IMG/VR virus record: IMGVR_UViG_3300036852_000741
Location: 1-64,000 of that record
Strand: one strand, 5' to 3'
Source of the DNA: a virus
Length of the DNA stretch: 64,000 nt
This document shows positions 46,990-59,494 of the stretch, in pieces (the stretch's first letter is position 1; the number at the start of each line of letters is the position of its first letter). Under the pieces are notes generated by a model. That model saw only the letters and a program-made list of their open reading frames with translations. It had not been told where the DNA came from and searched no databases. The position numbers were made by a program, and so were the translations under genes.

Positions 46990-49015
46990 CGTAGGTAGCC
47001 TGCGCGGCCCCGACGGAGGAGTGCGCGTGCCGAGCCCCCGCCGCAAGTCCGACGACCCGCCGCCGGCACCCCGGGTGGTTCGGGGCCCTGGCGACGGGTG
47101 GCGCTACACCGACAGGGAGACCGGCGAGACGATCGGCTACGTCGAGGCGTTCACGCGGATGAGCGCTCGCAAGTTCCGCTTCAAGAAGAAGGCCAAGGAG
47201 TAGGCTGCCGGCTGGCGGTGCTGGCGAGACTCCACGGCCGAGTCCTGCGGGGCGTTGAGGCCAAGAACGAAGCTGCGCGATGAGCGACCGGGTGCGCGCG
47301 TAGCCCCTCGTCTGGGGGCACCCGGGCTAGCGCCGCCCCCTCGAACGCCTCAAGCCAGTACCTTGCCGCGCCATGACCAACACCAATCTGCGAGTAATCG
47401 TGGCGGGCCTGGTCGTGACGGCCGCGACCGTCGGGCTCTACGCGATCGAGGCGCCGTTGTGGCTTCTGGCGCTGGTGAGCGTGGTGGGCTCCCTGTCGAT
47501 GATCGCCTGGGCGTTTGACGAGTGAGCGCTGGGGCGTCCGGGCCGGCTGAGAGACTGGCGGGCCCGACCTTCCAGGAGGCCCACATGCGCGAGGCGATCA
47601 TGAGTGAGCTAGCGGCACGCAACGGCGGGCCGGGACTCACGGCCCGTGAGCTTGCCAGCTTCCTGCACGCGCCCGAGGCGATCGTGCGCAACATGCTCGC
47701 GGCGCTCGTGTTCCGCGAGAAGTGCGTGACGTGCGATGCGCGTGGCCGCTTCTCTATCGGTGAGCCCTCGGCGCTGCTGGCCGCCGGGCCGATGCCGCTG
47801 GGGGCGTGATGGCCGAGGCCGAGGAGAACGGCTGGATTCGGTGTGAGCGCAGCCACGAGGTCAAGGTGGGCGTGCTCTCCGGTCGGCTTGTGGTCCTGTA
47901 CGTCAACGTGGACGGCCGCGCGGCGAGCCTCTCGCTGCTGGACCCGGAGGTCGCGCGCGAGCTTGGTGACGCGCTGGAGGCGGCGGCGGTGAAGGTCGGG
48001 GCGCCGATCCGCGCGGCGCATGAGAACCCGAGGGCGGGGCGGTGAGCATCGAGCGCATGTTCTACTGCGAGGGGCCGGGCTGTGGCGACCAGCACGACGA
48101 CGGCCTGCCGGTGCACGCCATCACCGCGAGCCCGTACCCCCATCTTCCGATGGGCTTCATCGAGACCCGCCAGCGCCAGGACGGCGAGGACTTCGAGCAC
48201 CACTTCTGCTCGTGGGACTGCTTGATGAAGTACGCCGCCCAGCACCCACCGCCGGAGATGATCGAGGTGGAGGACCCCGGCTCGTGAACGCCGAGGATGA
48301 GCGGCGGCTGGCGCACGCGTTCTGGCGCGGCTACTACTTCGGCGCGGCCGTCGGGGTCGCCGGGTTCGTCGGCGGGATGCTGTTGGCGAGGCTGGCCTGA
48401 TGCGAGGGAAGCAAGCCCCGACGCGCGGGGAGTGGGGGCGGATGCCGGCGGCCTTCGGCGCGATGATTGTCGTGGGCTTGTACCTGCGCTGGGCCGACCC
48501 GCCCGTTGGCCTCGGCTTCGTTGTCCTGCTGGTGTGCAACCTCATCGTGGGGCGGTGGGTCGAGCATGGCTGAGGGGCAGTGATGGATCGGCTTGGGCCG
48601 CGCTGCGGGTGTTGCGGGCAGCCGCTGGACCCGCCGCTGGACTTCCTGGCCCGAGTGGTGATGCGGGGTGCGGCGACGTGGCTGTGGACGCTGCCCTGCC
48701 GAATCTGCGAGGCGTTCGCCCGGCTGCGGGCGCTGCGTGACGGGGGTCCGTGGTGACTGGCGCCCCGCGGGAAAAGCGACTGTCCGTGTTCCGGCGGGTC
48801 TACCTGTTCGCCCGCGACTACTTCAGCGAGTTCGGCATCGCCTGGTCGTTGGCGCGGATGCACGACTGCGAGCGCAACGGCGGACACCGCTGGGGCGACG
48901 TGCAGCCCGACGAAACGATGGGCCGCGGGCAGACCTGCTCGCGCTGCGGGACCTTCCGTGGCGTGACGAAGACCAGCGGGACGGCTGTCACGAACACGCC
49001 GCTGTCTGTCCAGAT

Positions 49016-50772
49016 GCGGACGAAGTGACCGAGGACAGAGATGACGGTGTTTGCAGCGTTCAACGATGAGCAACTTGACGAACTGACGGAGGCATTGGAT
49101 GCCGCCTACCGCGAGGGCGGTTTCGACACCGAGGGCGATCTTGCAGGCGCGTTACGCACTGAGCATGAGGCGCGTGCAAGGCCGATGGCCAAGGCTCATG
49201 GGGCGCCGCCCTGCACGCCCAAGGAGTGGGGGCGTTGATAGCTGCCACATCGCGGACGGAGAAGCCATGAGGCGCCGCCTCCTGCTGCTGTGGCTGCGCA
49301 CCGGCTACCGGCCGCTCGCGCGGCTACTCCACCGCTTCGACCTGCACCACACCGTTCGCATGGGCCCGCTGGAGGACGGCGTGACCGTCCACCGCTGCGA
49401 GTGGTGCGGCGTCAGCAGGACCGAGGTTCCGATGGAGGTCACGATGCGCCGGATGGCTGCTGCTTCGCGGACGACCGGAGGGACGCCGAATGCCTGACTG
49501 GCAGCAGAACGAGTACGGCAACTGGGTTCCTGCCGAGCCGCTGGAAGGCACGTTCGGGCTGCGATGGGAGTTCGCGTGGCAGCATCGCCGCTCGCTGGGC
49601 CAAAACATCGTTCGTGCCGTCGTGGGCGGCTGGCGCGACACGCGCACCGTCGATCGGCTGGCTGCTACGTCGCGGACGGAGAGCCAGCGATGACCCAGCG
49701 GGATCGGCGGCAATTGTCACAAACGGCGCTCGCGGAGACTCCACTAGATATGAGCCAACCCCGCAAGACCGCAGACGACCTGCTCCGCGAGTGGATGCAG
49801 GAGAACGACGACGCCAAGCGCGCAGTCCTCCGCAGGCAGTACTTCGACGCCAGAGCCATCGAGCTTCGTCGCCCGGCGAAACGACGGGCCGCCCCTAAGC
49901 GGACGACCGGAGAGACGCCATGAGCGAGTGCGATTGCCCGCACATGCCCGGACGCCCCCCGGCGTACCACGCGATCGACTGCCCGCTCGCGCCTCCTGGG
50001 GACCAGAAGGTCATCTTCGAGGAACACGCCATCGAGGCGATCGGATGGCTCAGCGCCGAACTGGCGGGTCGCGCCGACGCCTGGAACGGCAACGCGCCCG
50101 ACTGGTTCCCTGAGCCGCCCGAGTTCCTCGACCTGTGGCGTCAGGCGTTGGCTTCTACTAAGCGGACGACCGAGGGGACGCCGTGAGCTACCCGTTGCTC
50201 TGTCAACGCTGCGGTCGCCCGGCCGGTCTGACAAGCGAGCCCAAGCAGCCCGATCCCGAACGGGTGGTCGTACGGTGCTGGGACTGCCATCGCCGTGGGC
50301 GCATCTCGCTGGCTGTCCCTAAGCGGACGGAGAAATCGTGAGCGCGGTCTACTGGTTCATCCGGTATCTGCTGGCGCTCTGCTTCCGCCGCCCCGACGCC
50401 GTTGCGATCTATCGGTCGATGGCTGCTACTTCGCGGACGATCCAGCAGCCAGCGGAGGGCGAGGGCCCATGACGGAGCCGCGCAATGAGCCGCCAGCTTC
50501 CGCTCCGCGGGAAACTCAGAAGCTGGCCGATCCGGACGTGGCCTTCATCCTTGAGCGACTCAGGCAATCGGGCAGGGAGAAGGACGAGCCGGTGCTGGCG
50601 CTTGCGGCGGCGCTCGTCGTGGCCGAGGCCGAGGTCGAGCGGCTGCGCGAGGCGCTGCGCCGGATCGCCGAGGAGCCGTGCCCGCATCCCGGACCAACCG
50701 TCCCGATGTGCCCCTACTGCGCTGAGGATGCGCGCGAGGCACTGGCGCTCGGTATGCGGACGACCGGAGGGC
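49016..50772 (+). repeat. nine GCGGACG-core junction repeats between small ORFs
   Basis: Cores at 49016, 49252, 49467, 49672, 49899, 50162, 50323, 50433, 50756. Confidence 0.7.
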
Positions 50773-50776
50773 CGAC

Positions 50777-52732
50777 GTGACGTTCGTGTTGTGGATCAGC
50801 GAGGACGATGGCATCGACCTTGGGCCAACGCCGGAACTGCTCGCCGCCTTCCGTGAGATGGCGCAGGCGGCCGACGGCGACGAGTACGGGCAACTCTGGT
50901 ACGTCCCGCAGACCGCCGACGAGACGATGCCGGCTGACTACATCGCGGCGGCGTCCGCCCAGGCGGCGGACCTGCTGGTGGCGGCCGGCGACAGGCTGGG
51001 CGGGCACGCGCGCTGGGTCCTGGAGCGCCTGGCGGCGGCGGGTGCCCTGGAGGAGGCGTTCAGCCCGGACCAGCCGCGCTACCCGAAGGGCCACCCGAAG
51101 GCCGGGCAGTGGCGTCCGAAGATCGCCGCCGGCCGGGGCCGGATCGCCCCCGGGCATCTGAAGAACGACCTGTTCTACCTGCGCTACTCGATCAAGGCCG
51201 CCCAGGAGGCGCCGCAGGCGCAGGGCGCGGTGGTGGGCACCCGTCGCCTGGCGGAAATCGGCCACGAGGTCGAGAAGATCGCGCTGCGCTACTCGACGCG
51301 CCGCGACTACGAGAAGCGTCTGGCGGACATCCGCGCGGAGCGCAGGCGCATCTCTGATGCGCACTGGGAGCGTTGGGAGGGGTGGGCCCATACCGCCACC
51401 GGGGAGGAGTGGAAGGCCGCCTCGATGGACGAGGAGCGCTTTCTGTCCGCGCGCGACAAGGAGCGCCTGGCGGAGATAGTGACCGAGGAACTGAAGCTCG
51501 CGCGCGACCGCGATCGCGCCGACAAGGACGCGATCCTGGGGGTGCTCGCCGAGATGCGCAAAATGGGCGGCAAGGTGCGCCAGGGGTCAGTGAACATCGA
51601 CCCGGAGGACCCCGACGGCTACTTCTTCATCGCGCTCAAGAGCGGCGAGCAGCGGGAGGTCACCCACGAGACGACGATTCAGGCGATAGAGGAGTCGCGC
51701 ACCAAGGTGCAGGCCGCCTACCGCAACGTGGCCAAGCTGTTGCCGGCGGACTGGCTGGCGGATACGTCGGCAAAGGGCGAGGTGCACACGCTGTTGTCCA
51801 CCAAGCGGGCGTGGCATCGCCGGGAGACGCCGAGCGTGCTGCGCGACCCGTGGGAGGCGGCCCGCCACAAGTTCACCGAGCTACAGAGCGAGGGCCACAA
51901 GTTCCTGGGCCTGCACAAGCAGTACCCGTTCGCGCTGTTCGCCGACAGGGACACCGGCGAGGTCTTCGCGCTGCGCCAGGACGGCACTGTGGTCACCGAG
52001 GCGTGGGATCGCGTCAGGCTCGTGAGCTTCCCGATGGCCGGCGAGGGCACCCTGGAGGACATCTTGGTGCCGGCGCACAGTCTGCCGGCCGCCCCGCTCA
52101 AGCCGGGCGCGAAGGACTACTACGCCGAGATGCGCGCGGAGGCTCTGCGGCTGATGCGCGAGGAGGGCTACGCCTGGGTGGGGATGCGCGGCAAGTGGGG
52201 AACGCTGCGCTCGCCGCAGGGCGAGGAGGTGAGCCTGGACTGGGCGGGCAAGCCGCTGACCTCGCAGGTGGGCGCGGGCGGCACCAAGGCCGCCCTGCCG
52301 CCGCTGCTGCCCGGTGTGATCCCCGACCCACCGCCACCGAAGGTCGAGGACTCCACCATCCGGGTGGACCCTCGGGACGAGCACAAGGTCCTCCACGAGC
52401 TAGCCCACCGTATGGAGGTCGTGGTGGGCGAGGAGAACCAGGCCGGCTACCGTCCGCTGCACTATGCCGCCCTGCTGTTCTTGCAGCAGCGCACCCAGGG
52501 TGAGAGCCTGGTGAAACTCATCGACCTGTACCCCGGCTACGCCTACGAGGACGACGAGGTGACCCGCCCGGACAAGTTTGTGGACGCCTACGTTGGCAAG
52601 GACTATGGCGGCCGGGCCACCGAGGTCATCACAATGGGCCTCGAAATGCTGTTCTATCCGCGCTACAAGCGTGATCTGGCCGACGACCCGGAGATGAAGC
52701 GATGGGTGCTGGGACTGCTGGCAGCGGCGTGA
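50777..52732 (+). CDS. large protein with QPR motif and C-terminal zincin-like domain
   Basis: LEEAFSPDQPRYPKGHPKAGQW; LHELAHRME..YVGKDY..TEVITMG. Confidence 0.7.
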   Translation: MTFVLWISEDDGIDLGPTPELLAAFREMAQAADGDEYGQLWYVPQTADETMPADYIAAASAQAADLLVAAGDRLGGHARWVLERLAAAGALEEAFSPDQPRYPKGHPKAGQWRPKIAAGRGRIAPGHLKNDLFYLRYSIKAAQEAPQAQGAVVGTRRLAEIGHEVEKIALRYSTRRDYEKRLADIRAERRRISDAHWERWEGWAHTATGEEWKAASMDEERFLSARDKERLAEIVTEELKLARDRDRADKDAILGVLAEMRKMGGKVRQGSVNIDPEDPDGYFFIALKSGEQREVTHETTIQAIEESRTKVQAAYRNVAKLLPADWLADTSAKGEVHTLLSTKRAWHRRETPSVLRDPWEAARHKFTELQSEGHKFLGLHKQYPFALFADRDTGEVFALRQDGTVVTEAWDRVRLVSFPMAGEGTLEDILVPAHSLPAAPLKPGAKDYYAEMRAEALRLMREEGYAWVGMRGKWGTLRSPQGEEVSLDWAGKPLTSQVGAGGTKAALPPLLPGVIPDPPPPKVEDSTIRVDPRDEHKVLHELAHRMEVVVGEENQAGYRPLHYAALLFLQQRTQGESLVKLIDLYPGYAYEDDEVTRPDKFVDAYVGKDYGGRATEVITMGLEMLFYPRYKRDLADDPEMKRWVLGLLAAA

Positions 52733-53001
52733 CCTTCCACTGGCGGGGAGCCCTGGACGGCCGTCCCGTCGAGGGCGAGGTGGACGAGGGCATGATTCTC
52801 GGGCCGCCGGTGGTCACGATCTGGGTGGAGGCGCTGGTGGACGGCAAGGCGCACGTGGGCGAGGGCCCGTGGTCAGGCCGGGCGACGCTGGACGACGAGG
52901 TGCTGGCTCGGGCGACGATCGCCGCCGTGCTCGACACGGGGAGCGCCAGCTTCGATCCGCCCGCGCCGGTGGACGATGTTCCCGTCGATGCCGTGGCGTG
53001 A
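52729..53001 (+). CDS. acidic small protein, candidate immunity protein
   Basis: GTGA coupling to the preceding effector-like gene. Confidence 0.5.
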   Translation: MTFHWRGALDGRPVEGEVDEGMILGPPVVTIWVEALVDGKAHVGEGPWSGRATLDDEVLARATIAAVLDTGSASFDPPAPVDDVPVDAVA

Positions 53002-53599
53002 GACGTGGCCGAGCCATGCACGGTGCTCCTAGACGGCTCGCCTATGACATGGGCGGCGGCCCTGAGCCTCGTGCGCGCCGGCCACGCCGCTCGCGACCAT
53101 CCGCCGCTGGAGTTCGACTCGGCCAGCGACCTGCCTTGCCCGCTTGCTCGGACGCTGTTCGTCTGGGGCGAGAAGCGCGCCCCCGGTCGCGTGACTATCA
53201 AGATGGGAGACACCTGGCGATGATCGAACATGGCGGCGGCGGGTGGACGGCGAGGCATCTGCTGGCCGACTACAAGGCGGCGCTTGTGGCCGCGCGCGAG
53301 CGTGCCGACCTCTACGAGCGCACGCTGCGCGGTATCGCCCAGCGCGGCGAGTGGGCGACTGCGCGGGCCGCTCGCCGGGCACTGAAGAAGGCAGAAGCAG
53401 CACTGGAGAAGGCAGAGGCAGCATGACGACGATCGCCCCACCGCGTCGGTGTGACCCCGAGGCCGAGCACGGCGAGGGGCACGACCTGTTCGTGGGCGCC
53501 TGCGAGGAGGGTCCGTACGCGCAGACGCTGTGGATGAAGTGCCGCGACTGCGGCTACTGGTGGGAGCGCCGGCTCGACTTTGGCTACGAGGGCGTCACC

Positions 53600-53618
53600 T
53601 AGCTCACGTCGCGTGCTA
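53600..53618 (+). promoter_or_regulatory. operator/promoter repeat
   Basis: TAGCTCACGTCGCGTGCTA-GGCT. Confidence 0.7.
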
Positions 53619-53842
53619 GGCTCCGCGCGATCGAGACCGTTGGGTCTCGCGCGACCAAGGGAGCGCCATGACGGAGAAGCCGGAGAGGCCGAAGTCCACA
53701 CCGGGCAGGCCGATCATCAAGGACGGGCCGCGCCACGGGCAGCCACGCACCCGCGTGCAGGGCGGCGGGTACGGCAAGCCGCCGCACCTGCGCCGCACGC
53801 GGAGCGACAAGGGCGTCCCGCGCAAGCCGAAGTGACGGCCGA

Positions 53843-54364
53843 GTGAGGCGCAACGCCAGGCAGAAGGCGCGTCTCAGGGCACTGCGCGAGGTGTACGAGC
53901 GGCTGCCCAGGCTGGACTGCAAGGGCTTGTGCGGGCACTCCTGCGGGCCGATCGGGATGTCGCCAGCCGAGTACGAGCGCTTCTGCGACCGGTTGGGTCG
54001 CGAGCCCAGGGAGCGGGTGACCTACAAGAACGATGGCGCGACGATGCTCACGGCGACCTGGTGCCCGGCCTTGACGGCGGTGGGCCGCTGCCGCATCTAC
54101 TCCGACCGGCCGATGGTTTGTCGCCTCTGGGGCGTGGTCGAGTCGATGCCCTGCCCGTACGGCTGCCTGCCCGAGGGCGGCTTGCTCAGCGACGTGGATG
54201 GGATGGCGCTGCTGGGCGACGCGATGGTGGCGGGCGGGGCGGTCTTGGTGGACGGCGAGACCTTCCGGCAGCGGGTCGCCGAGGACCCGTCGCTGCTGGA
54301 GTTGGGGCGGCGCTGGACTCGGGATGGCATGGCGGCCGAGGAGCGCCGCGCCGGCTTACGCTAG
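53843..54364 (+). CDS. YkgJ-family cysteine-cluster protein
   Basis: CKGLCGHSCG, CPAL..CRIY.DRP.VCRLW. Confidence 0.75.
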   Translation: MRRNARQKARLRALREVYERLPRLDCKGLCGHSCGPIGMSPAEYERFCDRLGREPRERVTYKNDGATMLTATWCPALTAVGRCRIYSDRPMVCRLWGVVESMPCPYGCLPEGGLLSDVDGMALLGDAMVAGGAVLVDGETFRQRVAEDPSLLELGRRWTRDGMAAEERRAGLR

Positions 54365-54380
54365 CTCATGATGTGTGCTA
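54362..54380 (+). promoter_or_regulatory. operator/promoter repeat
   Basis: TAGCTCATGATGTGTGCTA-CCAT. Confidence 0.75.
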
Positions 54381-57300
54381 CCATTCGGGTGCCCTCATGG
54401 GGGCGCACCCGACCGAGGAGCGCGGATGACCGACCTGACGACGATGCCGGATCGCCACATCGTGGACGCGATGATCTACGCGGAGCGCCGGCTGGCCGAG
54501 CATCTGGAGATGGACTGCATGGGCGGCGGCGAGTACGACTGCCCACGGTGCTCAGCCGACCGGGACTTCATGCGGGCCGCCAACGCCGAGATGAAGCGCC
54601 GGGAGGAGGCGGGCATCCTCATCGAGGACCCAGACGAGCCGTCGTTCGAGGAGCGCCATGCGCCGTGGGGCCCGGAGTGGCAGCTTGAGCAGCGCGAGCG
54701 GGAGGGGTGGCACAGCCTATGAGCTTCAAGCCCGAGGTGATCGCCGACGCCAGCGGCAAGTGGGCCGGCAACGCGCTGCGCTTCGCCACCCGCGGGGAGG
54801 CGGAGGCATACGTGGCCGACCTGGCGAGGCGCTGGACGCTTGTGCGCGAGACGCGGGTGGTGGAGTCCGAGGACGCGGTGAACTACCGGATCGTGGCTGG
54901 CATGATGGAGCGGGTCGAGCTATGAGCCGGATCAGGGTCAAGCTCGACGGTGGGCGGGAGGTTGTGATGGGCTGGGATCAGCCGATGCGCACCTACTACG
55001 CGCAGTTGTGGGACTCCGCGTTTGACCCGGACTTCGATCTTGGCGCGCCCGCCAAGGCGGCTGGCTACCACGAGGCGGAGAAGATCGCGCCACTGGCGGG
55101 CGAGTACGGGCCTTACCCGATCACGACGATCGCGGCTCTTGAGGAGCAACTCGCATCGTGGGGCGTGGCCCAGGCGCTGACGAGCCGTCGGGCCGACGAA
55201 CTGGTGAGAGGCAGAGAACTGGCACAAAAGGAGTCTGAGCGATGGGTGCGCTGAACGCGATGGGCTGGGTGCTGTGCGTGAGCGCGGCCGAAGGTCCCGA
55301 CGAGGTGTGGGACCTGCTCAACGAGTTCGGTGAACGGACGGGTACCGACGGCCCGACGGTGCACGCGATGGCGCGCGACAGCGGCCAGCCGCGCTACTGC
55401 GTGCACCCCGACTCGACGCCCGAGGTGGAGTTCCGCCATGACGACCTGCGCGAGGCGCTGCTGCTGGGCGCCGTGTGGAAGGCCGAGCGGATGGATGCGG
55501 CCGAGATGTGGCGGCGAGATGGGTGACCTTGCGGTGGGTCGGCGGGTAGGCACGGTGCACGGGCCGGGCACGGTGGAGGGGGTCGAGCCCGACGCGGTGC
55601 TCGTGGCGCTCGATGATGGCGTGCCGGCGTGGTTTGTGCCTAACCTGGTGCACCCGATCGAGGAGACGGTGTGGCATCGGCGTGACGACGATCAGCCGGT
55701 GTACCGGCCGTGAGTGGGGAGGCGGCCCACCTAGTGGGGATGGGCCTGGGGCTCGGCTTTGCGGTGGCGTACGCAGCGTGGAGACTGCCGAGACGGAGAC
55801 GTATGGCCCCTGGCGCCAGCCGGGAAGGCTGGAGGCCGGCATTTCGTTCGTGGCAGCGGATCGCCTTCTCGATCCTCTACGCGTGGGCGATCTACGGCAT
55901 GTGGGTGACGGACGCCCAGTTCGCTCGCGTCACCGCGACGGGATTTTTTGTTGCCCTGGGGCTGCTTACTTGGCGCTTGCGGGTGCGCTCGTGACGCGGG
56001 AAAAGCAGGGGACAGTCTCGTGGCTCTGCCCAGCCTGCGGGGCCATGATGTACGAGGCTCGGCTCCTGAAGGGCTACCCGAAGACCGGGCCGGAGAGCGA
56101 GCGCCTGACGTGCGCGCTACATGGGCCTCGCGGCCGGTTCCACCACATTGCCACCGACCGGCGGGCTGCCGTATCGCGGACAAGGGGGGCGCTGGATGGC
56201 CCGTCGTGACGATCGTCCCCGCGTCCGCTTTCGCGGGGGCGGACTCGACGGCGCGATCGCTCCTGCTGGCGAGGTCGAGCCCAAGGTGGACTACCGGGCG
56301 TGGCGCCTGGCGCCATGCGCGAGCACGACCGGGCCCCAATACGACCTGTACCGCTGGGAGCCAGGCGGCGGCACGATGGCCTACGTGGGTACCGTGTTCG
56401 ACCTGGATGGGCCGGCGCTGGCGCGCGTGCCCGAGCGCCCGCTGCCGAAGATCGACCCGCCGAAGCGGTGGAATTGGAGGTAACACATGGGCGTCCGCAT
56501 CCTGCATGACCCCAGCGAAGGCAAGGCCGCGCTCTACGACTCCGTGAGCGGGCACGCCTTCGGGCCGGTGATAGGTGACCTGGAGCTATTCGCGAGCGCC
56601 CAGGACGCCGCCCTGGCGTTCCTGGACCATCTCAACGTGGACGCTCGCACCCTTGCACCTTCCATCCTGGAGGTGCGCCTGGAGGCGTTCCGTCAAGCGC
56701 TGGAGAAGGCCACCGAGTGAGTCGTCCCCAGCCTGGGTTACGCTCCCGGTGTGAGCGAGGTGGAGTGCTGCGCGGCGTGCGGGTATGAGCACGCGGACCC
56801 CAAGACAGCGGTCCGCGTTGGGATCGCCTTCATCGCGGCCGAGTGCGCCTGGACGCTGCGCTACCCCGGCCATTCGGCCAACGAGGTCATCGACATGCTG
56901 GAGGCGCGGATCGCCGGCTACGCGGAGGGCGGTGTCACCTCGAAGGCCGTGGAGTCGTGGACGGCGCCACCGGGGCCCGAGCCGAGTCCGGCCCGCAACG
57001 GTGATCCCGACCCGGCGCTGACGGGCCTAACAGAGAAGCTGTGTCCGGTGTGCGAGGGCGACGGGGAGCTTGTGGACCCAGCGGTCCCCGACACGGTGGT
57101 GGTGTGTGCACGCTGCGATGGGAGCGGTCGCGTCAAGGTGATGGCGTGACGGATGGGGATTCAGGGGCGGATCGCGGTGTTCAGGAGGCTGCCGGTGGGG
57201 ACACTGCTGACGCTGGTGCTGGGGCCCGCCGAGCCGCTGCCCGATTCGCTGGGGGAACTGGAGGGCACGACGCGGGTGCGGGTGCGCGGGAGCTACATGG

Positions 57301-57507
57301 GGCTTAGCGACGCTGGGCTGGCGTGTCCGAAGGTGCATCTGCGCTATTTCTCTCGCGCGGGCTATGAGCAGGAGGCGGTATTCCTGCTGGCCGATGTCGT
57401 GAGAGTGGAGAACGTGTGCCTGCCGGAGGCGGCGTGAGAACGCAGCGGCGATACGTGGGTTACGATGTGAGCTTCGTTTGTTCTCGACCACCGATAGGGG
57501 TGCGCTC

Positions 57508-58035
57508 ATGAAGGAAGCTCTCAAGGCCATAGAGGCCGCGTTGACGGATGCTCGCGAGGCCCGTGACAGGGCCCAGGTCCGACTGGCTGACGCGCAGGCG
57601 GCGGTGGACCGGCTGGAGGCCGCCAAGGCGGTGCTGCGAGGCGAGCCGGTCGCCGGGGCCGAGCGCGGAAAGACCGAGCGCGACCAGGTGGCGCAGGGAA
57701 GGTCCAAGCGTCTGTCGGCGCACGCTCGGCCGCGGGGCGGCTCGCCGCGGGCGCGCAAGAACGGAGGGCCGACGACATCGCAGGCTGCCGCCACGCTTAT
57801 GGAGGAGGCGATGCGCAAGGTGGGCAACGGCGGCATGACCGAGCACCAGTTGGCCGAGGCCATCGGCCTGGTGGGCCGCGGGGCGCACATGAAGCGCCAG
57901 GCGGCGTTGCGCTCGCTGGTGGCTGCCAACGTCTTCGTCGTGGCCAACGAGTCTTCCTCGGACGGCTCGCCGCTGTACACGCTGAGTGCCAGGGCCGCCG
58001 GGGCGGTGGCCGGGGGGCCGGCGGAGGTGGTTTGA
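57508..58035 (+). CDS. coiled-coil plus possible wHTH protein
   Basis: Layout similar to 39720..40238. Confidence 0.5.
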   Translation: MKEALKAIEAALTDAREARDRAQVRLADAQAAVDRLEAAKAVLRGEPVAGAERGKTERDQVAQGRSKRLSAHARPRGGSPRARKNGGPTTSQAAATLMEEAMRKVGNGGMTEHQLAEAIGLVGRGAHMKRQAALRSLVAANVFVVANESSSDGSPLYTLSARAAGAVAGGPAEVV

Positions 58036-59494
58036 CGTACGCCTACCTCTTTACCTTGGAGGCGGTCGGCCGCTGTGTGAACGAGCGCGATGCGGAGTAT
58101 TGGCTGCGCGTCGCTGCGCACGCGCTTGAGCAGGCGGGGTTTGTGATGGACGACGCGCAGGCCATAGGGATCGACGGGGGGCGGGGGGCGGCGCTGGACT
58201 TCCCCGACCCGGTGGCCCGGGTGCTGGTGGATGCCAACCGTGCCGATCCTGACACGCGCCGGTTCTCGGACGTACCGGGTCGACTGCGGTGACCGAGCGG
58301 CAGGCGGCGGCCTTCGCCGATCCGCTGGCACGAGCCACGGGCGAGCTTGAGCGCTTCCGGCGCTACCGCGGCGTGTGCGGCGGCGTGCTCACCACGATCC
58401 TCACGGTGAACCGCTGAATGGATGCGTTTGACGGCGTGCCCGTGTGGCACGTCTCGCTGAGCTTCCAGAGGGCGCAGGCGGTCGTAGCGGTGAACGCCTG
58501 GCCGCGCGAGGTACGCGCCGAGGTCGAGCGCGAGGCGCGCAGGCTGTTGCGTGGCGTGGGTGCGGGGCCGCGCCGGTGGGAGCACGGCGAGGCGGCACAC
58601 GTCCTACACGTACGCCAACGGCTCAGCGACGCGGAGGTTGCGGCTTTGCCGCGGGGACCTGAGCCGGTGGACATGGCGGGCGGCGGCCCGCTCTACCGTC
58701 CGCTTACGGTGCGACCATGACCGCCGTGGACGACGACGCCCTCGTGGCCCGGTTCCCGGCGATTGCATGGAGAGCGCCGATCCTCATAACGGTCGCGGGC
58801 GGTGCGACGGGGCTCGGCTGTCGGCTTTGCATCGCTCGCAAGGGCCTCCATGCCAGCCAGGTCAAGGCGCTGGCGCGCACCCAGGCTGAGTTCGAGCGCC
58901 ACATGGAGCGGGAGCACCCGCAGTGACCGAGGTGCAGCGCATCCGTGCGGCGTTGCCCAGTCTGGAGCGCCAATTCACCGGGCACGATGTGGACTTCGTG
59001 ATCCCGCTGGGCGACAACTGGCTGGCCGCGTGGAACTGGGCGCTTAGGCTTGAACGCGAGCAGGGCGTCGACCACCAGGCGGCGCTGCGCGTGGTGCACG
59101 CCAAGCACTTTGTGGACCGGCAGGGCCGGCCGTGAATCGCGCCGAGACCGAGCCGAACCCCTATTTCGGCGACCTGGAGGGCGTGCCGGCGACCGAGGGT
59201 GCGCGCAGGGTCACGACGCCGACGGGGGCGCGCTGCCTGTACTGCCGTGAGGCGGTGCGGGCGGGCGACAGCGGCTACCTGATGGCGTCCTACGAGCCGG
59301 AGGGCGCCCGGGTGGTGGCCGTCCACGCGGAATGCCAGCTACGTCAGGTCGTTGGTGGGGTGGAGTGCCTCAAGCGTCAGCACGCGGGCACGCACGTCGT
59401 GGGCGACCACGACCCCGACCCACCGGGGCTGAGCCGGCGCGAAGCGGCGCAGGCGACGTGGGCGTGGATTCATGAGCATGGGCTTCCGTAGTGG

